The notes under the pieces were generated by a model. The model did not search any database. It saw only the letters and a program-made list of their open reading frames with translations, and had not been told where the DNA came from. The translations under genes were made by a program, and so were the position numbers. From Camelus dromedarius (lineage: Eukaryota): DNA of 64,000 bases. The stretch is from contig NC_087436.1 of assembly GCF_036321535.1 (NCBI RefSeq), positions 79,610,001 through 79,674,000 on the forward strand, read 5' to 3'. Shown in pieces: positions 13,704-24,212 of this stretch. The stretch's first letter is position 1. Every line of letters begins with the position of its first letter.

Positions 13704-13722
13704 AGCCCCTCCTCTGTCTTCT
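13704..13722 (-). other. Polypurine tract of the ERV
   Basis: Minus strand agaagacagaggagggg(ct) immediately precedes the 3' LTR. Confidence 0.8.
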
Positions 13723-13900
13723 GTTCTGCTCCTCGTCCTTGAGGGGCGCTGAGGGGCACGGGTCTGTCTTCTGTCGCTGCTTCTGCTGATGTGGGCGTCA
13801 TCATAACCCCGAGCGGAGGAGCAGAGCTGCTCTGCAGCCGCCTTTAGATGTGCTTGGTTATCTGCAGGCCTCAGCCCGGACTGTTGCATCCCTGAGAAAC

Positions 13901-13987
13901 CACCATTTGTCTAACCTTTTTTGAGACAAACACTACCAGACCGTCTAAGATACACAGCCCAAATATTAGCAAGAGAACAATGGCCAG
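13901..13987 (-). pseudogene. env: env TM membrane-spanning/cytoplasmic-tail remnant
   Basis: Hand translation LAIVLLLIFGLCILDGLVVFVSKKVRQMV resembles gammaretroviral LLLFGPCILNRLVQFV. Confidence 0.7.
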
Positions 13988-14359
13988 CTGTCCAGTTTTT
14001 CCTAAAAATGAGGGTTTCTAGGTCTTTTGTCTGCAGGGAATGGGCTCCGATGGGGAGGCCCACTGCCATGGCTGAATCTCCCTGCTTACCCGCTTTGGTT
14101 GTTTTTTTTGGAAGAGAAGCTTCAGGTCAAAGAGAGGTTCACACGAGTAGTCAAGGGGTCTGTTCCACTTAGGAGTGAGCTGCTTGCAGGCTGCCAGTTT
14201 TCCAGGCTTTTAGGTTCACCTGGTCTCCTGGCCGGAAGGGATGGAGGGCCAGGTCTGTGAGAGCAGGCAGCACCTGATCACCATATTCTGTGAGAGCTTT
14301 CATGGTTTCTCCTTCCTGGAGGGCACACTGAATTGTTCCATTTCAGGGGGGCACTGGGG

Positions 14360-14960
14360 TCCTTCTCTTGGGCTTGGGGAATGGGTCCACCATATAGGAG
14401 TTCAAACGCACTTAACCTTGGGGCTGACTGCTTGCGGAGCAGGGCAATTAAAAACAACTTCATGTAATTTTCTTGAGTTTCAATAGTTTGGCTAAGGCCT
14501 GTTTTGAGGTCTGATTGGATCTCTCTACTTTCCCCAGTGATTGGGGTCTTTAGGCTGAGTGCAAAGTCCTTTTTATGCCCAGGGCACTCATTATTTCCTT
14601 CATTGAGACACAAATTCTGGACCATTATTGCTTTCTAGGGATCCTGGGAGCCCAAATCGGAGGATTATTTCCTTTAGTAATGCCTTAGCCTCTTCAGCTG
14701 TCGTTTCAGTTTTAGTAGGCAATGCTTCTGTCCATACAGAAAATGTGTCTACTAGCACCAAGAGACAGCTGAAATTGCCCAGTACTCCAAGCATGACAAT
14801 AAAGTCAATCTGACAATCTCCTCCAGCATATGTCCCTCTGGTCTGAATGGGCCTTATCTCAGGGCCTCTGGAGGGGTCTGGTGTTGGAGCTGTTCAGTGT
14901 GTAGATGGGGCATGACTCAACTATCCAACAGATTATCCTTTTCATGCCAGGATGTACCAT
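14360..14960 (-). pseudogene. pol: Retroviral integrase remnant (disrupted)
   Basis: ORF 14600-14794 LVLVDTFSVWTEALPTKTET...LLKEIILRFGLPGSLESNNGPEFVSQ is the IN core. Downstream LSAFELLYG, and an upstream zinc-finger-like region. Confidence 0.9.
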
Positions 14961-15334
14961 GACCTCAACCAGCCAATAATATAGATTGGGGCTGGGATCT
15001 GCATTTGCATCCCCCTTTGAGGGTGGTGAAGGCATTCTGTCTTCCAGTTTACGTATGGTGCACTGATTGAATCCTAGTTTGCTTGGCTTGCTGTCCCTCC
15101 ACTCATCAAAGTTAGTCCAGATTCTTATGCGGACTGAGTTGACATTAGAAGGCAATAGCCAGTAGGTGGGTTTGCCTCTGGACCTTTTATTTCTCTGACT
15201 TTACCTCTTCTATAGCCTGGTTATTAAATACCTTGTTGGCAACCTCAACAGGGCAAGAGGTAGGGGTATCTGGTTCTATTTCCAGTTTCTGAAGTTTATG
15301 CCTAATGTCGGGGACAGGCTGGGAAATGAAATGT

Positions 15335-15800
15335 GACCTCACATTGCATTCCCTTTCGGTGACTCAGTGTCAGTGGTGGTCTAGCTTTGGAGGTGTCCCC
15401 TTAAGTGCTCTCGGAATGCCAAAGGGTTTTCTGTTGGCTCCTGATTGGTTTCCTTTATTGTATTCCAATTAACAGGTTTCTTTCCTGCTGCCTAGATTCC
15501 CCTTAGGATCATATTTTTATAATGGGTCAGCCTCTGTCTTCCCACTGGTTCTGTGGTCCAAATTGGGTTCATTATTTGAGACTGCTCAATTGCCACGTCT
15601 GAGCATCCCATGCTTGAGAGAGCTGGTCCCACTTCAATCAGAATGTCCCAACAGGAGTTTAGATGGGGTCTCCTCCAGGTCAGAGCAGCTTAGCCATGTT
15701 AGTTCCTGATGAACTTGGTCCATTAGGGAGGGGCACAGCTGTCTGAGGTGGGGGGTCTTTTCTTGCCTCCTTTAGGCTGAGAAGGAGGAATTTTCAGTCT
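15335..15800 (-). pseudogene. gag: gag capsid remnant
   Basis: Hand translation of about 15402-15479: KPVNWNTIKETNQEPTENPLAFREHL, a major-homology-region motif. A degenerate H..REC knuckle-like segment lies near 15345-15365. Confidence 0.75.
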
Positions 15801-16754
15801 TCCTGCCAGGTGAGAGCTGAAAGCACAAGGGGTTCCCATGGGGTACTCCCTGGATGGCTAGGGCATCTGGTGTTCTATACTGATAGTGGGAGAAGAGCCC
15901 ATGGAATCTCGGTTGATAATCATCCAAGGTTCACCTCACAAGCTGAAGGGAGAGGAGATGTTGGGCAGTGCCTGTTCTTGCCAGCAGCTCACAAGGCTTC
16001 CTGATAATGGGGTTCCTGGTCTTGTGAGCAGTTCACAGGGCTTCCCTGCCCACTTCAGGGAAACTAGTGTTGACCAGAAGAGGTCAAGTCACTGGTCCAG
16101 TACCTGCTTTGGGACTCTTTCACACTGGGGCATCCCTGGTGCCTTTCCTGAACTCAGATCGAGCATCCAGGTGGTCCTCATTACCTGGGCCTTTTCCTGG
16201 TCTTGCCTCTTTGGCTCACAGGGCTGGCCACTTTCCTTTACCAAATTGAAAGTGACTATGGAAAATGCTACCATTGACCTCTGGAGGTCAGCAAGGAGGG
16301 CAAAAAGCCCTGGTGCAGGTGTTACTGCCTTAAACAAGGGAAAAGGGGATGGCACTATTGGTGAGATAGTGGCCAAGACTGTCCTGGCTCCCTCTCGTCC
16401 ACAGGTCCACATGGTCCCTGAGTGTCCAGCACCACGGGAAGGCCAGCCAGGGGCAGTGGGCAGACACATGTGAGTTTCTGTCCCGATCCCCAATGATGCC
16501 ACAGTGTGATCCCTTAAAGGGGCAGTTACTCTGGGGGCTGTGCTGTGTGTGCACCACACCCAGGTTTTGGGTTGCTGGGCAGAGTTGCTCTAAATTTGGC
16601 TGAAGGCTACCACCGTTCTCCCCTGTCCCAGTGAACTCAGAGACCAGAGTCAGCCATCTTCAAGTGAATCTCCCAAAGCTTCTGCTGTCCTCCTGCTGGA
16701 CCTGGGGTGACTCTGGAGCCTAGTGGATAGGTGCAGGTGAAAAGGCCATAGTGC

Positions 16755-16772
16755 ATCCCATCTGGGTCACCA
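16755..16772 (-). other. Primer-binding site, tRNA-Arg type
   Basis: Minus strand TGGTGACCCAGATGGGAT versus TGGCGACCCAGATGGGAC (complement of the tRNA-Arg(CCG) 3' end as I recall it), 16/18; 6 nt from the 5' LTR. Confidence 0.8.
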
Positions 16773-16778
16773 AAATTT

Positions 16779-17292
16779 TGTTACCTATCCTTCTGAGTCA
16801 GTCTCCAACAAGGGCCTTCCTGCCTGGTGTCATTAGAGCCAACAGAACAAGATCGAGTTGGGTTCAGAAGCAAAGGAAAGCTTTATTCTCTGATCAAAGA
16901 ACGTAGGGATGCGAGCTCTTGCTCTAGAGTTCACACTGTGCCTGACAGGCTGTTGGTGGGTGGGGCTGCTTTCCAGGGCTGTTGGCGGCGGGGGCGGGGG
17001 TGGTTCTTGCGAGTCGGGTGCTGCTCATTGCACCCCAGCTCGGCCGGTGCGGCGTCTCTGCACACAGTCCGACATCCCATCTTGAACTGTGGGGTTGTGT
17101 GCAGCGCTCCTGCACTCGGCCCTCCAGCTGCAGCGTCAGGCGCAGCCATTTTGCACTAGGAGCTCCAGTCATGGCGCCCTGTGAGCAAGTGGAACTAGAC
17201 TAAGCACAAAGGAAAAAAGGCTTAGACATTATTTTATTACCCAGGTTCTATGTTTATTTCCCGGGAATTGTTAATGGGCTTCGCCAGTGACA
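16779..17292 (-). repeat. ERV 5' LTR (514 bp), CpG-rich
   Basis: TG...CA termini, adjacent to the PBS, homologous to 13214-13703. Confidence 0.9.
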
Positions 17293-17324
17293 TTTGAAGC
17301 TGACTGGGACTTTGTAACTGTCTT

Positions 17325-17672
17325 TTTTTTCTTCCAGTTTTATTGAGTTATTATTGACATACAGCTCTGTACACATTTAAGGTGTACAGCATAATGATTT
17401 GACTTATATACATCATGAAATGATTATCACATAAAGTTTAGTGAACATCCATCATCTTATCCGGATACAAAATAAAAGAAAAAAACACATTTTTCCTTGT
17501 GATGAGAACTATTTGAATTTACACTTTTTAACAGCTTTCATATATAATATACAGCAGTGTTAGTTGTATTAATCATGTTGCACATTACATCCCTATTACT
17601 TATTTATCTTATGCCTGGAAGTTTGTACCTTTTAACCACCTTCATCCAGTTCCCCCTCCCTCTACCACAACC
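17325..17672 (-). mobile_element. L1 3'UTR fragment
   Basis: Poly-T, taaggtgtacagcataatgatttg, ctggaagtttgtaccttt. TSD ttgtaactgtctt (17312-17324) / ttgtaaccatctt (17673-17685). Confidence 0.85.
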
Positions 17673-18079
17673 TTGTAACCATCTTGATGAATAAAGTGCC
17701 ATGGAAGCGAAGCTATGTGACTTCTAAGCTAGGTCCCAAGAAGATGGCGTATCTTCCACCTGGTGCTTTCACATTCGCGCACTCTCTCTCTCTCTCCCTC
17801 TCTGTTCATCTTTGGAACTTAGCCGCTGTACTCTAAGAAAGCTCAAACTAGCTCCTGTTGAAGATCACATAAAAGATGCCCGTGTGGAGAGGAACTTAAT
17901 TACATCTGGCATCAACTGTCTTCAGGTTTTCCAGCTGAGACCTCAGACATCATGGAGCAGAGAGAAGATGTCTGCATTGTCCCCTCAGCTCCTGGTCCAC
18001 ACATAAGAAGTGTGTGGCTTTACACTGCTAAGTTTTAGACGATGTCTATGTAGCCATAGTAACGGAAGCGTCCGGCCTC

Positions 18080-18252
18080 CTGCGCTTACCCATGTTATTT
18101 CACCCATGAGACTATACCCATTATAATTGTCTGATTGCTTCTCTGTCCTTCATGGATTCTAAATTCCTTGTGGACAGATCTAGGTCACATTCATTGGTCT
18201 GTTCCCTGTACCTTGCACAGCACCTGCAAAATAAGGACCCAGCAATGGTTGA
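18080..18252 (+). mobile_element. L2 3' fragment
   Basis: taaattccttgtggacag...cacagcacctgcaaaataaggacccagcaa. Confidence 0.5.
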
Positions 18253-18269
18253 GCCTTTTAAAATGGCAA

Positions 18270-19460
18270 ACAGGTAAATGATTTTGATTGCTGATGGAGA
18301 CTAGGAGTTAAGAAGTGAGAGGGTGGTGTTATGACAGGGATGACCGGGGGAAATATTTACGTAGTTCGTCTGGATCTTGGTAAGGCATTTGACAGAGCCC
18401 CTCATGACATCCTTGCATGGGATAGATTATAATGGTAAGGAGGATTTGTAGTCAATTTAAAATTTAGGTCCAAGGAGTGTTGATGTAGAGTCTGTATTAG
18501 TTTCAAGGAAGGTCTCTAGGGAAATATGCCTAGAAATTTAACCTAGCTTTTCCACATTTGAGTGAAGACCTTCATAATATGCTTATTAGATTGGGTTAAA
18601 AACACATTAGCCAAAGAAAAAGTAACATACTGTATGAAAGAGTAAGAACTCTAAAAGTCTTTGACAGTCTGGAATAATAGGCCAAAATAAACAGAATGAA
18701 TTTAGTAGAAGCAAATGCAAAGTGTACACTTTTTATTAAAAATATTATATATGTGTAGGCTACGTAATACGGGTTCATTTGAAGAAGAAGAAAGTAGGGA
18801 ATTTAGTTTGCCTGTGAGTTTACTAGTCAACAATAGTGTGAGGTGGCTGCTAAAAAATACTCATGTGATCTATGGTCTGTTAGTCACTGAGACAGTTTTT
18901 AGATCAGTGGAGATAATAGTCCCACTGTGCTGGGGTTTTTTGTCTGGGTACTGGTAGCTAACACTAGAGTTCTCGGTGTGCCGTACACTGTCTGAAGGGC
19001 TTTATACACTATGTCTCATGGAATCTCCACAACAAACCTATAGGGACAGGTAACAATAATAATATTATTATCATTCCCATTTTACAAAATGAGAGAACTG
19101 AACAAAGGGGCATTAAGTAATTTCCCCAGTTTGCACATCTATTTAGTGGCAGGGCTAGGATACTAATTGACTCTAGAGAGCTTGCTGTCTTAATTACCAC
19201 CCAAGTTCTGAGCACTTCATTATAGAGAGACATGTGAAACTACTGTATTTCTAGAAGAGGTGGCCAAGGCGGATAAAAGGTGGCCAAAAATGACCGTGGA
19301 AAGTGGTAAAAGGAACTGGGATCCTTGAATTGGAAAAAAGATACACCGAGGGATTGTGTCTGTCTTGAAAAAGTACAAAGGGATGTTTAGACCTGAAATA
19401 TAGAAGAATCATTTTACAAAACCGTTAATGAAGGTACTGGACTGCTGGGAGGTAGCAGCA
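18270..19460 (+). mobile_element. L3/CR1 LINE remnant interrupted by a MIR
   Basis: 18361-18414 translates VVRLDLGKAFDRAPHDIL (CR1 RT: YLDFSKAFD.V.H.IL). FRSVEIIVPLC near 18900 resembles CR1 SREVIVPLY. Confidence 0.75.
18952..19200 (-). mobile_element. MIR SINE
   Basis: cacaacaaacctat...tcattcccattttacaaaatgagagaactgaa...taagtaatttcccca. Confidence 0.8.
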
Positions 19461-19884
19461 GAAGACGAAGAGCTGCGGAGTCAGGCTACTAAAGTGGCTT
19501 CTGGCAGTTAGGGGATGTTGGTGTTGCAGATTCGCTTCCAGTTCTGAAATCTGAAGATTTTCCTTTGATTTTTCTCCCTCACTGTCAATGCTCCATAGAC
19601 CTGAACTAATTTTTCCTGTATGGTCCAGGAACTTTTGTGACAGAATGATTCTTTCTGCAGTATCTTAGGATTTTGTAGATTTGTTTTGAGCTTTGGATAA
19701 ATCATCATAGAAAAGAAATGTCCCCCTGGGTTTTAAAATATGACCGAAGTGCATGCTCTGGGGCTTTTATTATGGAGATGTTATTCATAGACCTTAGCCC
19801 AGTGTTTGGAACGTAGCCGGTATTCAATTAATGTTAGAAAACCTTTGATATTTTCACAGAAGCTTTTTCTTTTCTATAGGACTT

Positions 19885-20145
19885 ATTAAAACTTATCAAT
19901 TCCATAAAACCTATCAGAAATTTATAAATATAAATTTATAATCTATTAATTTTATATCTACAATAAATAAATTTAATATACTAATATAAATAGCAACATA
20001 TTATATAAATATATAAGCAATATAAGTTTAACATATGTAATACTATGTTACAATATAATATATAATATAATAAATATAGGTAGAAATAGATAAATAATGT
20101 ATAAATAAATCTATAAATATGTATACAATTTATAAGAAGTTTATA
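19885..20145. repeat. AT-rich low-complexity tract
   Basis: Almost entirely A/T, degenerate (TATAA)n. Confidence 0.75.
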
Positions 20146-20568
20146 ATCTCTGAACTATGGACCAGTGCTTGTTGGCATGGAAATAGTCAGGGCTAATATT
20201 CTAAATACTTAATTCTGTGGTAAGGCATGGGCACTGACTGATCATTGTGGATGGGCAGGGGCTAGGACAGAGTTTTAGGGGCCCCTGGATGTGCCAGGCC
20301 ATACAGTTTTAGTTTTGGGATTGTGGGAAGGTTGAGAGGGTGACCTAAGGGAGGGAGAATGTCAGCTTCAGGTGGTGGTGGTGGGGGTTTGAGAGGTGGA
20401 GGAGAAATCTTTCAGAATTTAAATGACTACATACAGTTCCCCACAAGCTGGATATTGGTCCTGGATGTGCTAAAGGAAGATTTCCCAGGGAGTCCCCCAA
20501 AATAAAGATTAGCTGGGCAGATCTTCTCTGCCAAGTTTTGTGCTTGTTCCTCGAGATTGATTGGTGTC

Positions 20569-21029
20569 TGTAGTGGGTTCAGTAGTGAGCCCTAAAAAGA
20601 TATGTCCATGCCCCCAAACCCCTGAAGCCTGTGAGTATGAACTTACTTGAAAGAAGTGTCTTTGCAGAAGCTGTTAAGTTAAGGATCTGAGATGAGGCCA
20701 TCCTGGGTTGCAGAGTGCCCTAAATCTAAGATGAGTGTCCTTAAAAGAGACAGAAAAGGAGGAGACACAGACACAGGAAGAAGAGGAGGCTGTGTGACCA
20801 CAGAAGCAGAGACTGGTGATGCAGGCAAGGAAGCCGGGGAGCGCTGGGGGCCACCAGAAGCTGGAGGGGGTTAGCAAGTGTTCTCCTCTGGAGCTCTTGG
20901 AGAGGTTGTGGCCCTGCAGACACTTTGATTTTGGACTTCTGGACTCTAGAACTTCCAGAGAAGAAATTTCTGTTGTTTTAAGCCACTGAGTCTGTGGTAT
21001 TTGTTACAGCAGCCCTGGGAGACTATACA
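20569..21029 (+). mobile_element. MaLR solo LTR (MLT1C/D-like)
   Basis: TG...CA termini and perfect 5-bp TSD gtgtc (20564-20568 / 21030-21034). Contains ccaccagaagctgga and ttctgttgttttaagccac. Confidence 0.9.
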
Positions 21030-21279
21030 GTGTCCATATGACAAAGTGCCAGAGTGCCTGGGTGCCACTGGCAAGTTTGATCAATGCCTGCATCTCCCAG
21101 AGCCCCTTCCTCTATTACCCAGCGGCAGTGGGTAGTTTGTTAATGGAAGTTTATAGGAGCTAAAGAAGAGAAAGTAGCAGCACACTGTTAAGATATAATG
21201 CTACAATATTTCGATTCCACTAGAGTAAATAACAAGTTGATAAAGTCACCTTTTAAAATTGCCTCATAGTGAAGGGCAT

Positions 21280-21870
21280 TGGCTCTTTGTTTAGTGTGGC
21301 TGCTGGTCACACTAGGTCTTAGGGCAGGGCTGGCCACACCAGATAATCTTAGGGTGAGGCTGGCTGTGCCAGAAAGACTACCATGTGATTCCGGGTGGAG
21401 GCTTTGGGTCATTTGTCTCAGTTGACCTAGAGGCTGAGATGAACCATGTGCACAATCAATCAATCAGTCAATCAAACATGCCTCTGTAATGAAGCCCCAT
21501 TAAAAACTGTAGACACCAAAGTCCAACTGAACTTCCCTGGTTGGTGATACTCTGAGTATTGTCAGACATCAACGCCAAGAAGGAACACATACGGAGGGCA
21601 ACAGAGGATTCATGTCTGGAACTCTCCCAGACTCTGCCCCACGTGTCTCTTCCATGGCTGATTTTAATTTGTATCCTTTCTCTATAAGGCATAATGGTTA
21701 GCATAGTAGCTTTCAGTGAATTTGATGAGTCCTTCTAGAAAATTATCAAACTTGGGGGTGTTTTTGGGAACCCCTCAAACTTGCAGTTGGCATCAAGAGT
21801 GAGGGTGGTCTTGTGAAGGATTATGCCTCAAACCATTCACCTTGGCTAACTCCAGGTAAAAGTCATTTGT
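21280..21870 (+). mobile_element. ERVL LTR (MER21C-like)
   Basis: caatcaatca...catgcctctgtaatgaagcccc, cttccctggttggtgatact, gagtccttctagaaaattatcaaac. Confidence 0.75.
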
Positions 21871-23140
21871 CAAGCCGGTGGTCTCAGGGTACAGAAAGAT
21901 AATTGGGGACATCCTACAAACAGAGAGAGAAGACAGGACCTCCCACTCTGATGAGGGCCCATATCTCAAAATGATGTTCCAGACTCTAAACTCTCATGTT
22001 GTATGTGTCACGCACACTCAGTCGAGGGCATATACACCATGTGCAAGCCAGTGTGAGAAGGGGCATCTTCATGGACCACTTCTCCCTCTGCTTGCCTGCC
22101 CTTCAGCAACTCTGTGGGAGGATGCTGAGGCTGCTCGTTTCATCTACTGGGGGCCCTTGTACTCAGTCAGAAGAAATTAATACTAACAGAATTCAACCAA
22201 AAGAGAAAACCACAAAAGGGTGTGTACCAGTTATCATTTAGAAAGTAGGACCTCCAACGTTCATCTTTTTAAGTGGACCTACCAAGGCGAAAGAGGAGCT
22301 TCCCCTCCCTGAAGAAGATCATGAAACTACTGTGCCCAGAGAATCTGCTTCCTTAGATGATGATTAAGATTTCTGACAAAGACCTTAGTAAAGTTACCTT
22401 TCCTGCTTAATCCTATATTCATGGCTTGATCAAATATTGTGTTAGATGCAGCACTTTGTATCAGCAAAATTAAATGTATTGGCGTAGGTCACTAAAGTAA
22501 TTATAGCTCAAGAATATGAGTATAATTTGTTTATGTCATTAGTTAAAAATGAGTGAGGTCACCTCTGTTTTGATATTCCAATTGCATTTGGTATCTGGGT
22601 ATTTATAACCATGACAGCAAGACATTCAGCAGGGAGAGGTGGGGAAGGTAGGGGGAGTCATAATAGAGGACCTTGCCATGTTTTACTAATCTTAGCCTGA
22701 GCTTTCCTGGGAACACTTGAAGCTCACTTACCCTGTGTACTAGGACGGTGTGTTGGGGAACACCCTGGGTTCATATGGGACTGTTCCTCTTAGATAATTT
22801 GAGCTACACCATCCTTTTACTGTGAAAAGCATCAGAGAAGCAACAGCTGGTACACACACCTCTTTGTGATTTCTATAGAGATATATTAGTTATTTTAAAA
22901 GAAAATTAATACATTTACCTAATTAGGATTCATACTCTTATGTATAATCCTGAAATTAATTTTTAGCACAGAGTGACAGTGCACACTGCCCACCCCGACC
23001 CGTGTGTCGCTTCAGGTAGGCTCAGATCACTGGAAAAGGGTCTCCATTGACAATAAAGCTATAATTACATTTGTGTATCTATTTTAAGGGTTTTTGGAAT
23101 TAAACTGCTCATTTTCCTAATAATTTTTATATATATTTTA

Positions 23141-24212
23141 TTTTATTTTATTTTTTTAAACATTTTTTATTGATTTATAATCATTTTACAATGTTGTGTC
23201 AAATTCCAGTGTTCAGCGCAATTTTTCAGTCATTCATGGACATATACACACTCATTGTCACATTTTTTTCTCTGTGAGTTATCATAACATTTTGTGTGTA
23301 TTTCCCTGTGCTATACAGTGTAATCTTGTTTATCTATTCTACAATTTTGAAATCCCAGTCTATCCCTTCCCACCCTCCATCCCCCTGGCAACCACAAGTC
23401 TGTATTCTCTGTCTATGAGTCTATTTCTGTCCTGTATTTACACTTTGTTTTTGTTTGTTTGTTTGTTTTTGTTTTTGTTTTTTAGATTCCACATATGAGT
23501 GATCTCATATGGTATTTTTCTTTCTCTTTCTGGCTTACTTCACTTAGAATGACATTCTCCAGGAGCATCCATGTTGCTGCAAATGGCATTATGTTGTCGG
23601 TTTTTATGGCTGAGTAGTATTCCATTGTATAAATATACCACCTGTTCTTTATCCAGTCACCTGTTGATGGACATTGAGGCTGTTTCCATGTTTTGGCTAT
23701 TGTAAATAGTGCTGCTATGAACATTGGGGTGCAGGTGTCATCCTGAAGTAGATTTCCTTCTGGATACAAGCCCAGGAGTGGGATTCCTGGGTCATATGGT
23801 AAGTCTATTCCTAGTCTTTTGAGGACTCTCCACACTGTTTTCCATAGTGGCTGCACCAAACTGCATTCCCACCAGCAGTGTAGGAGGGTTCCCCTTTCTC
23901 CACAGCCTCTCCAGAATTTGTCATATGTGGATTTTTGAATGACGGCCATTCTGACTGGTGTGAGGTGATACCTCATTGTAGTTTTGATTTGCATTTCTCT
24001 GATAATTAGTGATACTGAGCATTTTTTCATGTGCCTTTTGATCATTTGTATGTCTTCCTTGGAGAATTGCTTGTTTAGGTCTTCTGCCCATTTTTGGATT
24101 GGGTTGTTTATTTTTTTCTTATTGAGTCGTATGAGCTGCTTATATATTCTGGAGATCAAGCTTTTGTCAGTTTCATTTGCAAAAATTTTCTCCCATTCCG
24201 TAGGTTGTCTTC
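23141..24212 (-). mobile_element. Young 5'-truncated L1 (about 1.07 kb)
   Basis: Uninterrupted ORF2 C-terminus (ORF 23482-24234: [12 protein letters not shown]...HCWWEC...[14 protein letters not shown]). TSD tatatatttta (23130-23140 / 24213-24223). Confidence 0.95.

Larger units (their letters stand above)
13214..17292 (-). mobile_element. Internally deleted class I (gamma-like) endogenous retrovirus
   Basis: Paired LTRs, PBS, PPT, gag/IN/env remnants in retroviral order on the minus strand. 4-bp flanks cttg (13210-13213) / tttg (17293-17296). Confidence 0.92.
13105..18069 (+). mobile_element. MLT1H-like MaLR LTR split in three (13105-13213, 17297-17324, 17673-18069) by ERV and L1 insertions
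   Basis: ccacatgctcttc...gtggagtctatttccctttccttg | aagctgactgggactttgtaac | ...tatgtgacttctaagctagg...cactgctaagtttt reads colinearly as MLT1 once the inserts are removed. Confidence 0.75.

Noticed and set aside
15886..16559. 195-aa (+) and 156-aa (-) ORFs in the ERV leader/gag region
   Set aside because: No recognisable domain; long frames are expected in GC-rich retroviral sequence, and the plus ORF is antisense to the provirus.
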